From Nitrospirales bacterium (lineage in GTDB: Bacteria; Nitrospirota; Nitrospiria; Nitrospirales; UBA8639), in NCBI GenBank assembly GCA_965223295.1, contig CBDCWC010000003.1, positions 576,001 to 640,000 on the forward strand: a DNA stretch of 64,000 nt, read 5' to 3'. Under the pieces are notes generated by a model. The model did no database searches. It had not been told where the DNA came from and saw only the letters and a list, made by a program, of their open reading frames with translations. The translations under genes and the position numbers were made by a program. Below, piece by piece: positions 19,528 through 29,678 of the stretch. Numbering within the stretch: position 1 is the first letter of the stretch; every line of letters begins with the position of its first letter.

Positions 19528-20682
19528 CTACATGGCATAGGCCATGCTAACCCGGTTTTCCTGTGAGACATGAGTAAATCGACGAGTACGCGCTTTCTTC
19601 TTTTTCTTATCAACCCGTAAATGGTCATAATACGTGCGAATAATTGAAGCCAGAGAGTCGACCTCTACGGATTCAAACACTTCAGGATGATCTTTGAGTA
19701 CGGCCCGGAGCTTGTGAGTTTGAAAATTCCAAGTTTGCGTGGAATACACTCGGTTCGGCTCAATGAGCTTTTCAAGTTTTTGTTCGAGTAAAGACTCCGC
19801 TTGTTCATAGACTAGAGTCAGACCAATTTCGTTGGCGACCGTTGAGAGCAACGTCCTTGTATTCATATTTTCGGCACTCACGAGATGGAACACTTCATGA
19901 TGCTGTCGATGCTCTGTCGTTTGCGACAACCATTGTGCTTGATTGATTACCGTATCAATCGAGACGAGATTCGTGGCTGCCTCCGCAGGAATTTGGAGAC
20001 GGATCTGAGAAGTGAGCTTGCTCAGGGTAAAGAAACCTCGAGCAAACATATACAGGCCATATGGTTTAAAATTACACCATCCGGTCTCCTGATGGCCGAT
20101 TACAATCGACGGCCGCACAATAGTCAGCGGATTTCCTCTATTGCCTTGCTGCGACGCGTGAGACAATGTCTGTTCTGTGAGGAATTTTGTGACTTGGTAG
20201 GAGTTGCCTAACACGGGAAGGAGATGCAAGGCTTCATCAACATCAGCCCCAATATTCCCTCCAACATACGCTGTCGACATGTAGTAGAACCGGTTGGCAC
20301 GAGCACTTGTTTCCGAAAACTTTTGATAGAGCAACACACTATTTCGCACATTATTCTCATACGAATTTGCGAGATTCTCTGAGGCATAATTCATGTCCGC
20401 CGCACAATGCCATACCTCGACAACCTCTTCCCAAAATGTCAATCGATCTAATTCATGAGAGAAATTTTCGTGATCAATATCTTCAATATGTAAATTCTTG
20501 AGCACCTGGGGAGACACATCGTAGCCAAATCCACGCATTGCCGCCGTAATGCTTTGCAGCGTCCGACTTCCATCAGGGTCATTTCGTGACAAGCAAATCA
20601 CCTTTTTCCCACTCGCCAGAAACGCACCTGCTAACGCGCCGCCAATAAACCCAGTACCGCCGGTAATAAGAATATAAGCCAT
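19528..20682 (-). CDS. Extended SDR, fatty-acyl-CoA/thioester reductase (male-sterility NAD_binding_4)-like
   Basis: ITGGTGFIG, WHCAA, YMSTAYVGG, YQVTK (YxxxK), IVRPSIVIG. Confidence 0.85.
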   Translation of the reverse strand: MAYILITGGTGFIGGALAGAFLASGKKVICLSRNDPDGSRTLQSITAAMRGFGYDVSPQVLKNLHIEDIDHENFSHELDRLTFWEEVVEVWHCAADMNYASENLANSYENNVRNSVLLYQKFSETSARANRFYYMSTAYVGGNIGADVDEALHLLPVLGNSYQVTKFLTEQTLSHASQQGNRGNPLTIVRPSIVIGHQETGWCNFKPYGLYMFARGFFTLSKLTSQIRLQIPAEAATNLVSIDTVINQAQWLSQTTEHRQHHEVFHLVSAENMNTRTLLSTVANEIGLTLVYEQAESLLEQKLEKLIEPNRVYSTQTWNFQTHKLRAVLKDHPEVFESVEVDSLASIIRTYYDHLRVDKKKKKARTRRFTHVSQENRVSMAYAM

Positions 20683-20816
20683 GATGACTATTCTCTCCTT
20701 CCCAATTTTTTTACAAAAACTCGTACAGATGCCGGAATCGTAGAGAGAGGTTCTCGTGGTATCGAAAACTGGTTGCGCCTATCTTTGATTTCTTTGTTCT
20801 CTGTATTGGACATGAA

Positions 20817-20832
20817 AGCAACAGCTATGCCA
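20817..20832 (-). promoter_or_regulatory. Sigma-54 (-24/-12) promoter for the reductase/desaturase operon
   Basis: Minus strand reads TGGCATAGCTGTTGCT with correct GG-N10-GC spacing, about 135 bp upstream of the start. Palindrome tttcagatttttgaaa at 20995-21010 may be a UAS. Confidence 0.7.
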
Positions 20833-21220
20833 TGACCAATCGCATTCAGAAATTTGGCGTGATACTTTGGGAAAGGGTTGTGGAAAAAAAGAAAAAGCTG
20901 AGCACGAAAAGCGTCAATAAGTCCGTGAGGGCAAGGGACTGGATTGATGCCGATGACATGAACCGGACGACGAGAATCCAAACCAGATGCCTCGTTTCAG
21001 ATTTTTGAAATTGTTATGACAAAAATTTGGCCTGCTAACGTATCTTTGCAACAATGCGCGACAGACTGTTCCTTTCTGGCGGCTTCCTGAAGATATTTTC
21101 ATGATTGTCGAACAACGCTCATTCTCCTACGTCGAGAGAATCCAAAGCTCAAAAGTTATCCAAATAGATACAGAGCATATCTATTTGGATACGAATTCGT
21201 CTTTTCATATCACCTCTACC

Positions 21221-21276
21221 AGAGCTCTTGAAAAAAGCCACCAGCGGCCTGCCCTTCGACAAGCTCAGAGCAGGCC
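21221..21276. repeat. Partial MITE left end plus REP-like hairpin
   Basis: gagctcttgaaaaaagccaccagcgg (as at 40176) followed by ggcctgcccttcgacaagctcagagcaggcc. Confidence 0.6.
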
Positions 21277-21593
21277 ATTTGAATCGGTCCGTAGATGATG
21301 ACTGGCAAGGATTTCCTAACGAAATACGGCCTTTGATCTCCTCATTAGTCAACACTCTCCTTACTAGATATGTCTTCCATTGTATACGCTGGTTGCACCC
21401 TTGAGTTGATTGAGCTTCGATCGAGGTGCAAGAAGAGAACTCTGTGAATTCTTCCATTATTTGAAACATTCAACCCGCACATGTGAACCAATATCCTTCA
21501 ACTCTTTGACAAGAACTCCCAGTTCCCTGAGGCTCACCCCTCCTGCTACCATAAGATAACGACACGGCATCCCTATTCATGTGATTTGCCCTC

Positions 21594-22730
21594 ATGTCTG
21601 GAAAGGTCTTATCCACAGTTTTTCTACTCATTCTGGCTTCGGGCATTGGCCTCTATGCCTATCTGCCTGATTTTCAATCGGATGCTTCGGAAAAATCCCA
21701 ACTGGAAACCGTTGAAGTAGTGCGCAGTTCTCTGCAAACGCGAGTATCAGAAACCGGAACAATCCAGCCTTCAAAAACAATCGAAATTAAATCGCAATTT
21801 TCCGGGGAAGTTGCACAATTGTTTGTTTCAAGTGGGAAGCCTGTCAAAAAGGGCGAAGTGCTGGCGATTATTCGTCAGGAATCGATCCAAGCTCGCCAAG
21901 TTGCGCAACTTCGGGCCGCTATTCAAGAAGAACGTCTCAATGTGAATACCGCCCAACGGGAATGGGTTCGCTCTCAAGCCTTATTTAAGAAAGGCTTCAT
22001 TGCCCAGCAGGCCCTGGAGAACGCCGAGCATGAATACCAACGTACATTGGTCCGCTTAGAACTGGCCGAACGCCAATTGCTACTAGCGCTAGGTGGGAAT
22101 AAAGAGTTATTTGAACGTTACCAGGAAAACCCAACACAGAGCAGTCGTCCGGAAGAATTCCAGGTCCGCTCTCCAACGAATGGCACCGTATTAGAGGTTC
22201 TTGTCAATCCCGGAGAGATTATTACTTCAGGAACGGCCACATTTGGTGGAGGCACCGTGCTCATGAAAGTAGCGGATCTTTCACGCATGATCGTCAAAGC
22301 CAAAATCAACGAAGTGAATGTCCCACGAGTGGCCGTTGGTCAAGAAGTTGATATTCGCTTAGACGCCCTTCCAGACCAACACTTCAAAGGACGAGTAAAC
22401 GCGATCGCTGCGCAGGGTGTGAAAGAAGAAAATATCGTCACCTATGATGTGACGATTGCCATCTTAGATTCAAACCCGGCTCTCAAACCCATGCTCACAG
22501 CTAATGTAGATATTGTGACGAGGCAATTGGACGATGTGCTCACCATCCCATTGAATGTCCTCAAAGTAAAAAATGGGGATGATATCGTCGAAGTGCTCAC
22601 AAATGGAACATCAAAAACTCAGAAAGTACGAGTCGCATTTCGAACCGATACCGAAGCAGTCATTACGAAAGGCCTCCAAGAACATGATCAAGTCGTGATC
22701 CCAAAATTTAAGCCAACCACCGAAAATTAA
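21594..22730 (+). CDS. Efflux periplasmic adaptor (MacA-like)
   Basis: N-terminal TM, lipoyl half motifs (IKSQFSGEV, VRSPTNGTV), coiled hairpin, INEVNV. Confidence 0.9.
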   Translation: MSGKVLSTVFLLILASGIGLYAYLPDFQSDASEKSQLETVEVVRSSLQTRVSETGTIQPSKTIEIKSQFSGEVAQLFVSSGKPVKKGEVLAIIRQESIQARQVAQLRAAIQEERLNVNTAQREWVRSQALFKKGFIAQQALENAEHEYQRTLVRLELAERQLLLALGGNKELFERYQENPTQSSRPEEFQVRSPTNGTVLEVLVNPGEIITSGTATFGGGTVLMKVADLSRMIVKAKINEVNVPRVAVGQEVDIRLDALPDQHFKGRVNAIAAQGVKEENIVTYDVTIAILDSNPALKPMLTANVDIVTRQLDDVLTIPLNVLKVKNGDDIVEVLTNGTSKTQKVRVAFRTDTEAVITKGLQEHDQVVIPKFKPTTEN

Positions 22731-22753
22731 TCACTCCTTCAGTTACATGGTCA

Positions 22754-23464
22754 ATGCTCATTACCTTACGCCAAATCAATAAAGTCTACTTCACAGGTGA
22801 CATTGAAGTTCATGCTCTGCGGAACGTGAGTATTACTATTGAGTCCGGCGAGTTTGTGGCGATTATCGGGCAATCGGGTAGCGGGAAAACAACATTGCTA
22901 GATATTTTAGGCTGTCTCAGTCATCCCACACATGGAGAATATTGGCTCAACGGCGCGCACATTCATACCTTGCCCGACTCGGAACTCACGACCATTCGCA
23001 ATCAACAAATTGGGTTTATCTTTCAGACCTTCCACCTCTTACCACGCAAATCTGCCTTAGAAAATGTGCAACTCCCGCTTATGTATGCTGGAACCAACCG
23101 CGCTCAACAACAAGAACGTGCCCTTGAATTACTCACCATGGTGGGGCTTGAAGATCGAGTGCATCATCATAGCAACCAATTATCAGGTGGGCAGCAGCAA
23201 CGAGTCGCCATTGCCCGCGCCCTAGCCAACCATCCTTCATTACTTCTCGCAGACGAACCGACTGGCAATTTGGACAGCCAATCTGGACACGAAATTTTAT
23301 CAATATTCGAAACCCTCCATCGTCAGGGACAAACCATTGTCATGATCACACATGACCCACTGATCGCTCAACGCGCTAGTCGGCGTATCACACTCTTAGA
23401 CGGACGAGTGCTATCTGATGAATCGACTGCATCCCCGGCACTAGAAGTGCTTCAAGAAATCTAG
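22754..23464 (+). CDS. ABC ATPase, MacB/LolD type
   Basis: [33 protein letters not shown]. Confidence 0.95.
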   Translation: MLITLRQINKVYFTGDIEVHALRNVSITIESGEFVAIIGQSGSGKTTLLDILGCLSHPTHGEYWLNGAHIHTLPDSELTTIRNQQIGFIFQTFHLLPRKSALENVQLPLMYAGTNRAQQQERALELLTMVGLEDRVHHHSNQLSGGQQQRVAIARALANHPSLLLADEPTGNLDSQSGHEILSIFETLHRQGQTIVMITHDPLIAQRASRRITLLDGRVLSDESTASPALEVLQEI

Positions 23465-23472
23465 AGACCGCC

Positions 23473-24693
23473 ATGCTTGGAGCCATTTTTCGTGATGCCC
23501 TAAAAAATCTGTCTGGCAATATGCTGCGTTCCGGCCTGACCATGCTAGGCGTAATTATTGGTGTCGCTTCGGTCATTGCCATGATGGCCATTGTAGAAGG
23601 TGGACAGGTCTGGTTGGTCAGTTCTATAGAACGCTTAGGCACCAATCTGTTGTTTGTTTGGAAAAAACGGTTGACCATGGAAGAAAAACGGATGTTTGCC
23701 GGACGAAATCTTCAGCTGCGTTATGACGACACCTTGGCTGTTCGAGACCACTTCCCCGAACTCACCGTTGCACCTATCATCGAAATTGATGGGCAAGTCA
23801 AAGCTGGAGAACGAGATTACAGTGGAAGCATCACTGGCACATCACCCGAATTTAGCGAGATCCGCAACTTTCGACCAGCGGTTGGACGTTTTTTGCAAAC
23901 TACTGATGTTCATACCTGGAACCGAGCCGCGGTGCTCGGAAAAACCATTGCAGAGGTCCTGTATGGATCGCAAGCGGCGGTAGGACAGCAACTGAAAATT
24001 GGGGAGCATCGATTTACGGTGGTTGGTGTCATGGAACCCAAAGGAGAAGTCTATGGACAAGATCGGGACGAAATGATTTTTATTCCGGTGACCACCGCTC
24101 TACGTTTTTTTAAAGGCACGGACAAAATTGGGTCAATGGTCATTCACGTGCCGAACCGAGATGATATGGAGGAAGTCACACATCAGCTTCATCAATTTCT
24201 TATCCAACGTCATGACGGCGTTGATGATATTCGCGTGCGTAATCAGGGCGATTTTCTCGGAGCCATCGACCGAACCATTTGGACTTTTCGCATTGTGCTT
24301 GGCGGAATTGCCATTGTGGCATTATTGGTGGGAGGCATTGGGATTATGAATATAATGCTGGTCACGGTCACAGAACGTACCCGCGAAATTGGCTTACGGA
24401 AAGCCATTGGCGCGAAGCGCCGTGACATTCTGCTCCAATTTCTCATTGAATCTACCACGATCAGTGTGATTGGGGGATGCTTTGGAGTCATCCTGGGAAT
24501 CTTTGCCGCCTATGGCTTTGGAAATTTTGTCGCGCAATCCATGCCTGGCGGAGGTGATTGGGGCGCCGTCATCAAACCCGCCGCCATTGCCATCGCCTTT
24601 GTGTTTGCCGTCAGTGTGGGAATTCTATTTGGACTGTTCCCGGCCATGAAAGCCTCAAAACTTGACCCCGCCGAAGCCCTGCGTTACCAATAG
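23473..24693 (+). CDS. MacB-type ABC permease
   Basis: RSGLTMLGVIIGV, GGIGIMNIMLVTVTERTREIGLRKAIGA, LDPAEALRY. Confidence 0.95.
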   Translation: MLGAIFRDALKNLSGNMLRSGLTMLGVIIGVASVIAMMAIVEGGQVWLVSSIERLGTNLLFVWKKRLTMEEKRMFAGRNLQLRYDDTLAVRDHFPELTVAPIIEIDGQVKAGERDYSGSITGTSPEFSEIRNFRPAVGRFLQTTDVHTWNRAAVLGKTIAEVLYGSQAAVGQQLKIGEHRFTVVGVMEPKGEVYGQDRDEMIFIPVTTALRFFKGTDKIGSMVIHVPNRDDMEEVTHQLHQFLIQRHDGVDDIRVRNQGDFLGAIDRTIWTFRIVLGGIAIVALLVGGIGIMNIMLVTVTERTREIGLRKAIGAKRRDILLQFLIESTTISVIGGCFGVILGIFAAYGFGNFVAQSMPGGGDWGAVIKPAAIAIAFVFAVSVGILFGLFPAMKASKLDPAEALRYQ

Positions 24694-24722
24694 CCGAAAA
24701 AATCTACACTGGACGTTCCTCG

Positions 24723-25415
24723 ATGTACACCTCTCCAGAACGAGTAACGTGGCTTGCCTTCCTTCCCATCGGAGCCACAGTTGGCTTCTATTCCCTTCCG
24801 CTTGTATGGCAGTCGAACATGCTCATTCAATTCATTCCACAAATGTTCGCCTACCTGTCGCTGGGAGTCTGGAGTTACTACAACAGGAGTTGCTTAGCCA
24901 AACTTGGACTAGAAGCAGCCAGATTTCTCCTTGGAGTAAGATGGGGAACGATCACTGGAATAGTTTTAGGCAGCGTCAATACATACATCATTCTATTCAT
25001 CATGCCTAGGTTGGGAGGAGATATCACCTTTCTCCGAGACACTCCCCATGCCCAGATTCCTTTTTGGGTCATGATACCTTGGTTCATTTTCTTTATTGCC
25101 ACTGCCGTTGAACTCAATTTTCGTGGATTCCTACTAGGACGATTACTCGAGTTTTTCTCCACGCATGATCGGCTTCCATCACTTCCTCTATCCAAAAACC
25201 TATGCCTGCTACTCCCCTTGCTTCTCTCGGCCCTCACGTTTTCCTTTGATCCATTTATGGTATCCACATTTGGCGCTTTACATTGGATCGCACTTTGGGA
25301 TGGGCTTATATGGGGATGGCTATGGATACGCTTGAAAAATCTTTACGCGGTCATCACCGCTCATGCGGTTGAGGTCCTGATCCTATACTTGAGCGTCCGT
25401 ACAGCATTACTTTAG
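24723..25415 (+). CDS. CPBP (Abi/CAAX) family intramembrane protease-like protein
   Basis: Multi-TM; VELNFRGFL (degenerate EExxxR) and AVITAH. Confidence 0.7.
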   Translation: MYTSPERVTWLAFLPIGATVGFYSLPLVWQSNMLIQFIPQMFAYLSLGVWSYYNRSCLAKLGLEAARFLLGVRWGTITGIVLGSVNTYIILFIMPRLGGDITFLRDTPHAQIPFWVMIPWFIFFIATAVELNFRGFLLGRLLEFFSTHDRLPSLPLSKNLCLLLPLLLSALTFSFDPFMVSTFGALHWIALWDGLIWGWLWIRLKNLYAVITAHAVEVLILYLSVRTALL

Positions 25416-25484
25416 GGGTCTGTTGATTGCCAAGGGCTTCATGGCGAAATATGGCTTTTGATATCTTCATGATTCAACACTCCC
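25415..25484. repeat. Short MITE derivative (left end plus tail)
   Basis: ggggtctgttga fused to gccaagggcttcatggcgaaatatggc...tcttcatgattcaacactccc, near-identical to 40294-40350. Confidence 0.8.
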
Positions 25485-25597
25485 TTTAGGCTCATTTTGT
25501 CCCAGCTGTCGGTTCGACTACAATCCTATTTGAAAACTCGGCTGGCAGCATTGAGCAAGAGTTCATTTTCGACTCTTAAAACGTTAGAGGAGATTTC

Positions 25598-25936
25598 ATG
25601 TCAGAACTCGTGAAATACATCTTGTATTTTTTTATCGGTGGCACTCTTGTGAGTGTCTCCACCTATTTGGGAAGTCATGGAAAAGGCTTTGTGGCGGCAT
25701 TGGCCAGTACATTGCCGGTCATCAGCGGGGTGACGTTTATCCTCATCTACCTCAATGCCGGCAATGCACCGACCGTCTCATTTGCTAAAAATCTCATTTG
25801 GCTATCGCCTCCATGGTTTATCTATGTAGGCACGATGATTTTTGGCGTTTCAAAGTTAGGTTTCTGGCCAGCCTATGGGTTAGCCATTGGACTCTATATA
25901 GCAGGGATTGGCATAACCCGCCTCGTTCTTCATTAA
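25598..25936 (+). CDS. Small membrane protein (DUF3147/GlpM-like)
   Basis: YFFIGGTLV...ALASTLP pattern, four hydrophobic helices, GAGGAG RBS. Confidence 0.7.
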   Translation: MSELVKYILYFFIGGTLVSVSTYLGSHGKGFVAALASTLPVISGVTFILIYLNAGNAPTVSFAKNLIWLSPPWFIYVGTMIFGVSKLGFWPAYGLAIGLYIAGIGITRLVLH

Positions 25937-25971
25937 CCTTATTGAAAGTGGCTCATGGAAAGGTCTTATGC

Positions 25972-26391
25972 ATGACAGACTTTATTAAACCCAGTGTGCA
26001 TGCCTTGCTCGTCTGCGACACCATTATTATTGATAGTTTGACTGGCAAGAAAAGTATAATCGGCGCCTTTACCCATTTGTGGGCCAAAACCTTTCCTTGC
26101 CAACACCCCCAAGTCGGCGTGTATTTCTCGTTAACCGACGCCGAAGGCCAATACGCATTTGAGATTCAATTGGTCTACTTGGACAAAGACCAGATGGTCG
26201 GGAAAGGTTCGCTTCCACCACTAGAAATTCACAATCGACTGGCCACCCATGACTTCGGCGTGAACATTCCGTATTTAGTGTTTCCCGGCCCAGGGAAATA
26301 TGAATTTCGCCTCTATGCGGATGGGAATTTCATTACCCAAAAGGACTTCCAAGTCATCCAACAAGAACCTTCATCGAATTCTCAGGAATAA
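25972..26391 (+). CDS. Conserved hypothetical beta-sandwich protein (DUF6941-like)
   Basis: ALLVCD..IID..TGKKSIIG.F and FPGPGKYEFRL pattern. Confidence 0.7.
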   Translation: MTDFIKPSVHALLVCDTIIIDSLTGKKSIIGAFTHLWAKTFPCQHPQVGVYFSLTDAEGQYAFEIQLVYLDKDQMVGKGSLPPLEIHNRLATHDFGVNIPYLVFPGPGKYEFRLYADGNFITQKDFQVIQQEPSSNSQE

Positions 26392-26493
26392 CCGCACCCC
26401 CCATCGTCACTAACACAAACAAGCTATTGCGTTATAAAAAATTTCTCATATACTCTTGAGGTAAAGTCAATAAATCTCTTAAGGAGGCACATA

Positions 26494-26859
26494 ATGAGAA
26501 CGCCTATAGCACTCGGCCTGATACTCATAGCTGTTTTAGTCTCCGGATGTAGTTCAACCGGATCGTTGGGAATTGTCACAAAGAGTTCTGCCGATCCAGC
26601 AGCTCTTCTTCAATCAGCTCAAGGCTTCGAAGAACTGGGGCAGACTGAAGGCCGAGGCTGTCGGCATTTCGTAATTGGAATCATTCCCTTTGGAAATTCT
26701 GACATCGAAGAAGCCGTCAACGATGCACTGAAGAAAACAGGCGGGGATGCGCTGATTAATGTCAGTACGGAAACGAGCCTGTATGGATTCATTCCCATCT
26801 ACAACGTCTATGCCTTTACCTGCACAACAGTCAAAGGGACAGCGATCAAATTCAAATAG
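26494..26859 (+). CDS. Small lipoprotein (TRL/Bor-like)
   Basis: Lipobox LVSGC; two further Cys; GDALINV; AAGGAGG RBS. Confidence 0.75.
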   Translation: MRTPIALGLILIAVLVSGCSSTGSLGIVTKSSADPAALLQSAQGFEELGQTEGRGCRHFVIGIIPFGNSDIEEAVNDALKKTGGDALINVSTETSLYGFIPIYNVYAFTCTTVKGTAIKFK

Positions 26860-26871
26860 GCTTATCCATCT

Positions 26872-26904
26872 GCCCCTTTCATCATTTGGATGAAAGGGGC
26901 CTTT
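26872..26904 (+). terminator. Rho-independent terminator
   Basis: gcccctttcatc-loop-gatgaaaggggc hairpin right after the stop. Confidence 0.65.
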
Positions 26905-27142
26905 ACTTGCTGCCTGAAGGCTTGCACCCATCATTCCTACCCATTCCACGTAATACTCTCTACTGAGCAACAACCTCCAGCAACACCACCGTATCTCGAC
27001 CAAGATTTCTGGCCCTCTGAAAACCTTTCAACTTCCTCACAGACCCACCGAAGAAATAACCTGGATCAGGATAATCACGCGCGAACTGCACGACAAGATT
27101 TTGTTTTTCATTGCCTGCAGAAAAATAAGCAGGGAGGATTCT

Positions 27143-28072
27143 ATGACCCACCGTTATTCTTCAACGAAAATATCAAAAATCATCTTAATCCTTTCGCTTC
27201 TTCTGGTCTTAAATTATCCCACCGTCGCAACTAGTCAAGTAGTGGGACGTGGCTATAACAATAGTATGATTTACAAGATTCAAGGGGAAACCAATACCGT
27301 CTATCTCTTAGGATCTTTACATGCCCTTGCCGAAGAATACTATCCTCTGACGAGGGCGTTTTCTTATGCCTACTATAATTCTCAGAAATTAGTATTTGAG
27401 ATTGCTCCCGAAATACTTTTTTCAAAAGAAACTGGAAACAGGGGAGAGCACTATTCTACTTTTCAAAATGGAATGACCCTCAAACAATGCTTAACACCAA
27501 AAACCTACCAAAAACTAGCAAAACATTTGCTGAAAATGGGAATTAGCATTGAAGAAATTAAAAATTATAAACCCTGGAAAGCGTACCTACTTGCGAGTGG
27601 TGGGTTGGATTCGTCTAAAGACTTCAGGCCTGATTTGGGCATTGAAAGGTACTTTTACCAAAAGGCCAAAGATGCAGGAAAACCTATTGAAGGCTTAGAA
27701 ACTCCTCAAGATCAATGGGATGCGTTTGACAAACTCACCTTTAAAGAACAAGAGGCAATGATCATAGAAGTATTAAGAGATCGCTCTAAGCTCGAAAAAG
27801 AATTCGCTCAACTGGTAAATAGTTGGCACCGGGGAGATTTAAAAGGCATGGCAAAGCATGTGGAAAGCTATAAAATCTTCCCAAAATATTATGACGGCAT
27901 CCTTGTTCGCCGGAACCACAATTGGGTCCCTAAAATTGAAAAGTATTTAAAGGACAGCAAAAATTATTTTGTTATTGTGGGAGTGGCCCACTTGGCTGGC
28001 GAAGACGGCCTCATTACTCTTTTAACGGACAAAGGCTATGAGCTGGAGCGCGTTTCGTATGTCATGCCCTAA
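27143..28072 (+). CDS. TraB/GumN family protein
   Basis: YLLGSLH, GIERYF, GLET, RNHNW, VGVAHLAG. Confidence 0.9.
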   Translation: MTHRYSSTKISKIILILSLLLVLNYPTVATSQVVGRGYNNSMIYKIQGETNTVYLLGSLHALAEEYYPLTRAFSYAYYNSQKLVFEIAPEILFSKETGNRGEHYSTFQNGMTLKQCLTPKTYQKLAKHLLKMGISIEEIKNYKPWKAYLLASGGLDSSKDFRPDLGIERYFYQKAKDAGKPIEGLETPQDQWDAFDKLTFKEQEAMIIEVLRDRSKLEKEFAQLVNSWHRGDLKGMAKHVESYKIFPKYYDGILVRRNHNWVPKIEKYLKDSKNYFVIVGVAHLAGEDGLITLLTDKGYELERVSYVMP

Positions 28073-28086
28073 CTCATCTTTGTCCT

Positions 28087-28899
28087 TCACTTTCCTAGAG
28101 CCTCATCGACTCCTCTCCTAGCTATCCAATCAATCGCCTGCGGCCAAGACAGCTTCACCCACCGCCCTAACTTTCCTCTTAATGAAGGAATAACGAGACG
28201 TCTACGCCGCTCCATCGCTTGAACAACGATATTGGCACACGCTTCGGAACCTAAGAATGAATCATATCCAGGAAGATGGAGACCAAGCGATTGGCCATCG
28301 ACACCTAGGCTTCTTTCAAAAATTTCGGTCTGCACAAAATCTGGCGCCACAATCGTCACACTCACTCCCGTTTCCTCCAGCTCTATACGCAAGGACTCAA
28401 AAAATCCGTTCATGGCATGTTTGCTGGCGCTATAAATGGCATGCGAAGGAATCCCTGTAAAACTGGTCACACTGGAAATGGCGACAATACGCCCACGCGT
28501 TTGCTTGAGGAACGGCAATGCGAATTTCGCACAATACACACTTCCCATAAAATTCACATCCATGACCTGCTGAAATTGAGAGACATCTTGCACATCTTCA
28601 ACCGTTGCCCACATGGACATCCCCGCGTTGTTGACTAGCACGTCTATGCGGGAAAACATATCAACTGTCGCCTGGATCATCTTTCTACAAGCTTGAGAAT
28701 CGGCAACATCCGTAGGCACCACCAAGGTTTCTGCGCCTAAACGCTCGCAGGTGACAGCGACTTCTTGCAATCGATTTTGATCTCTTGCGACTAATGCCAA
28801 CTTTGGAGATTGGGGAGCGAGCGCATAGGCCAATGCTTTGCCAATACCCGCTGAAGCTCCAGTAATGATGATCACCTGATCAGCCCAGACACGCGGCAT
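28087..28899 (-). CDS. Classical SDR oxidoreductase
   Basis: ITGASAGIG, VNNAG, YSASK. Confidence 0.92.
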   Translation of the reverse strand: MPRVWADQVIIITGASAGIGKALAYALAPQSPKLALVARDQNRLQEVAVTCERLGAETLVVPTDVADSQACRKMIQATVDMFSRIDVLVNNAGMSMWATVEDVQDVSQFQQVMDVNFMGSVYCAKFALPFLKQTRGRIVAISSVTSFTGIPSHAIYSASKHAMNGFFESLRIELEETGVSVTIVAPDFVQTEIFERSLGVDGQSLGLHLPGYDSFLGSEACANIVVQAMERRRRLVIPSLRGKLGRWVKLSWPQAIDWIARRGVDEALGK

Positions 28900-29052
28900 A
28901 TATCCTCCATATCATCTTTCAATAAACCTTTCTTACTGTTACACTTTTTATGCTGAATACCCAAACCTGAAATGTTGATCAGTCAACAATCTCATCGTGT
29001 AAAAACCTAGGCAACCCAGAGATTTTCTCTCACCACCATAACATGTTCATGT

Positions 29053-29667
29053 ATGAGTGACACACGTTCACCACAGGCATCTTTTCATCTCGAGCTCCCT
29101 GCCTGGGTCCCCGGATTTCTTGCCCAACAGCCCACGGCATTTCCAACCCAAGAAAGTCGAATGGATTTCGCGATTTCGTTGGCTCACCTAAATTGCGAAC
29201 AGGGCACCGGAGGACCCTTTGGCGCAGCCGTGTTTTCTACCACCACTCATACATTAATTGCGACAGGGGTCAACCTGGTGAAACCGACTCGCTGCTCCGT
29301 CGCACATGCAGAAATTGTGGCACTCATGCTGGCCCAGCAAAAGGTTGGTTCTCATGACTTAGGTGCGCCCGGACTTCCCTCCCATGAATTAGTAACGAGT
29401 TGCGAGCCCTGCGCCATGTGTCTCGGGGCCATTTGCTGGTCGGGTATCCGGCAACTCGTCTGTGGAGCAAGGGGAAGCGACGCAGAAGCCATTGGATTTG
29501 ATGAAGGTTCCAAGCCGCCAGACTGGATATCAACTCTGACTGAACGTGGAATTACCGTGATCACAGATATTGCGCGCTCTCAAGCCACTCAAGTCTTACA
29601 AAATTATGTCGAACAGGGCGGAGAGGTATATAACGGCAGGCAAGGACCAATGGAAACGTCAGGTTAA
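29053..29667 (+). CDS. Nucleoside/guanine deaminase (CDA superfamily)
   Basis: GGPFGA, AHAE, EPCAMC, GFDEG. Confidence 0.9.
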   Translation: MSDTRSPQASFHLELPAWVPGFLAQQPTAFPTQESRMDFAISLAHLNCEQGTGGPFGAAVFSTTTHTLIATGVNLVKPTRCSVAHAEIVALMLAQQKVGSHDLGAPGLPSHELVTSCEPCAMCLGAICWSGIRQLVCGARGSDAEAIGFDEGSKPPDWISTLTERGITVITDIARSQATQVLQNYVEQGGEVYNGRQGPMETSG

Positions 29668-29678
29668 GGAGAATCACT

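Noticed and set aside
21100-21480. ORFs 21101-21298 and 21149-21469
   Set aside because: They span REP/MITE sequence and show no recognisable motif; at most a decayed fragment.
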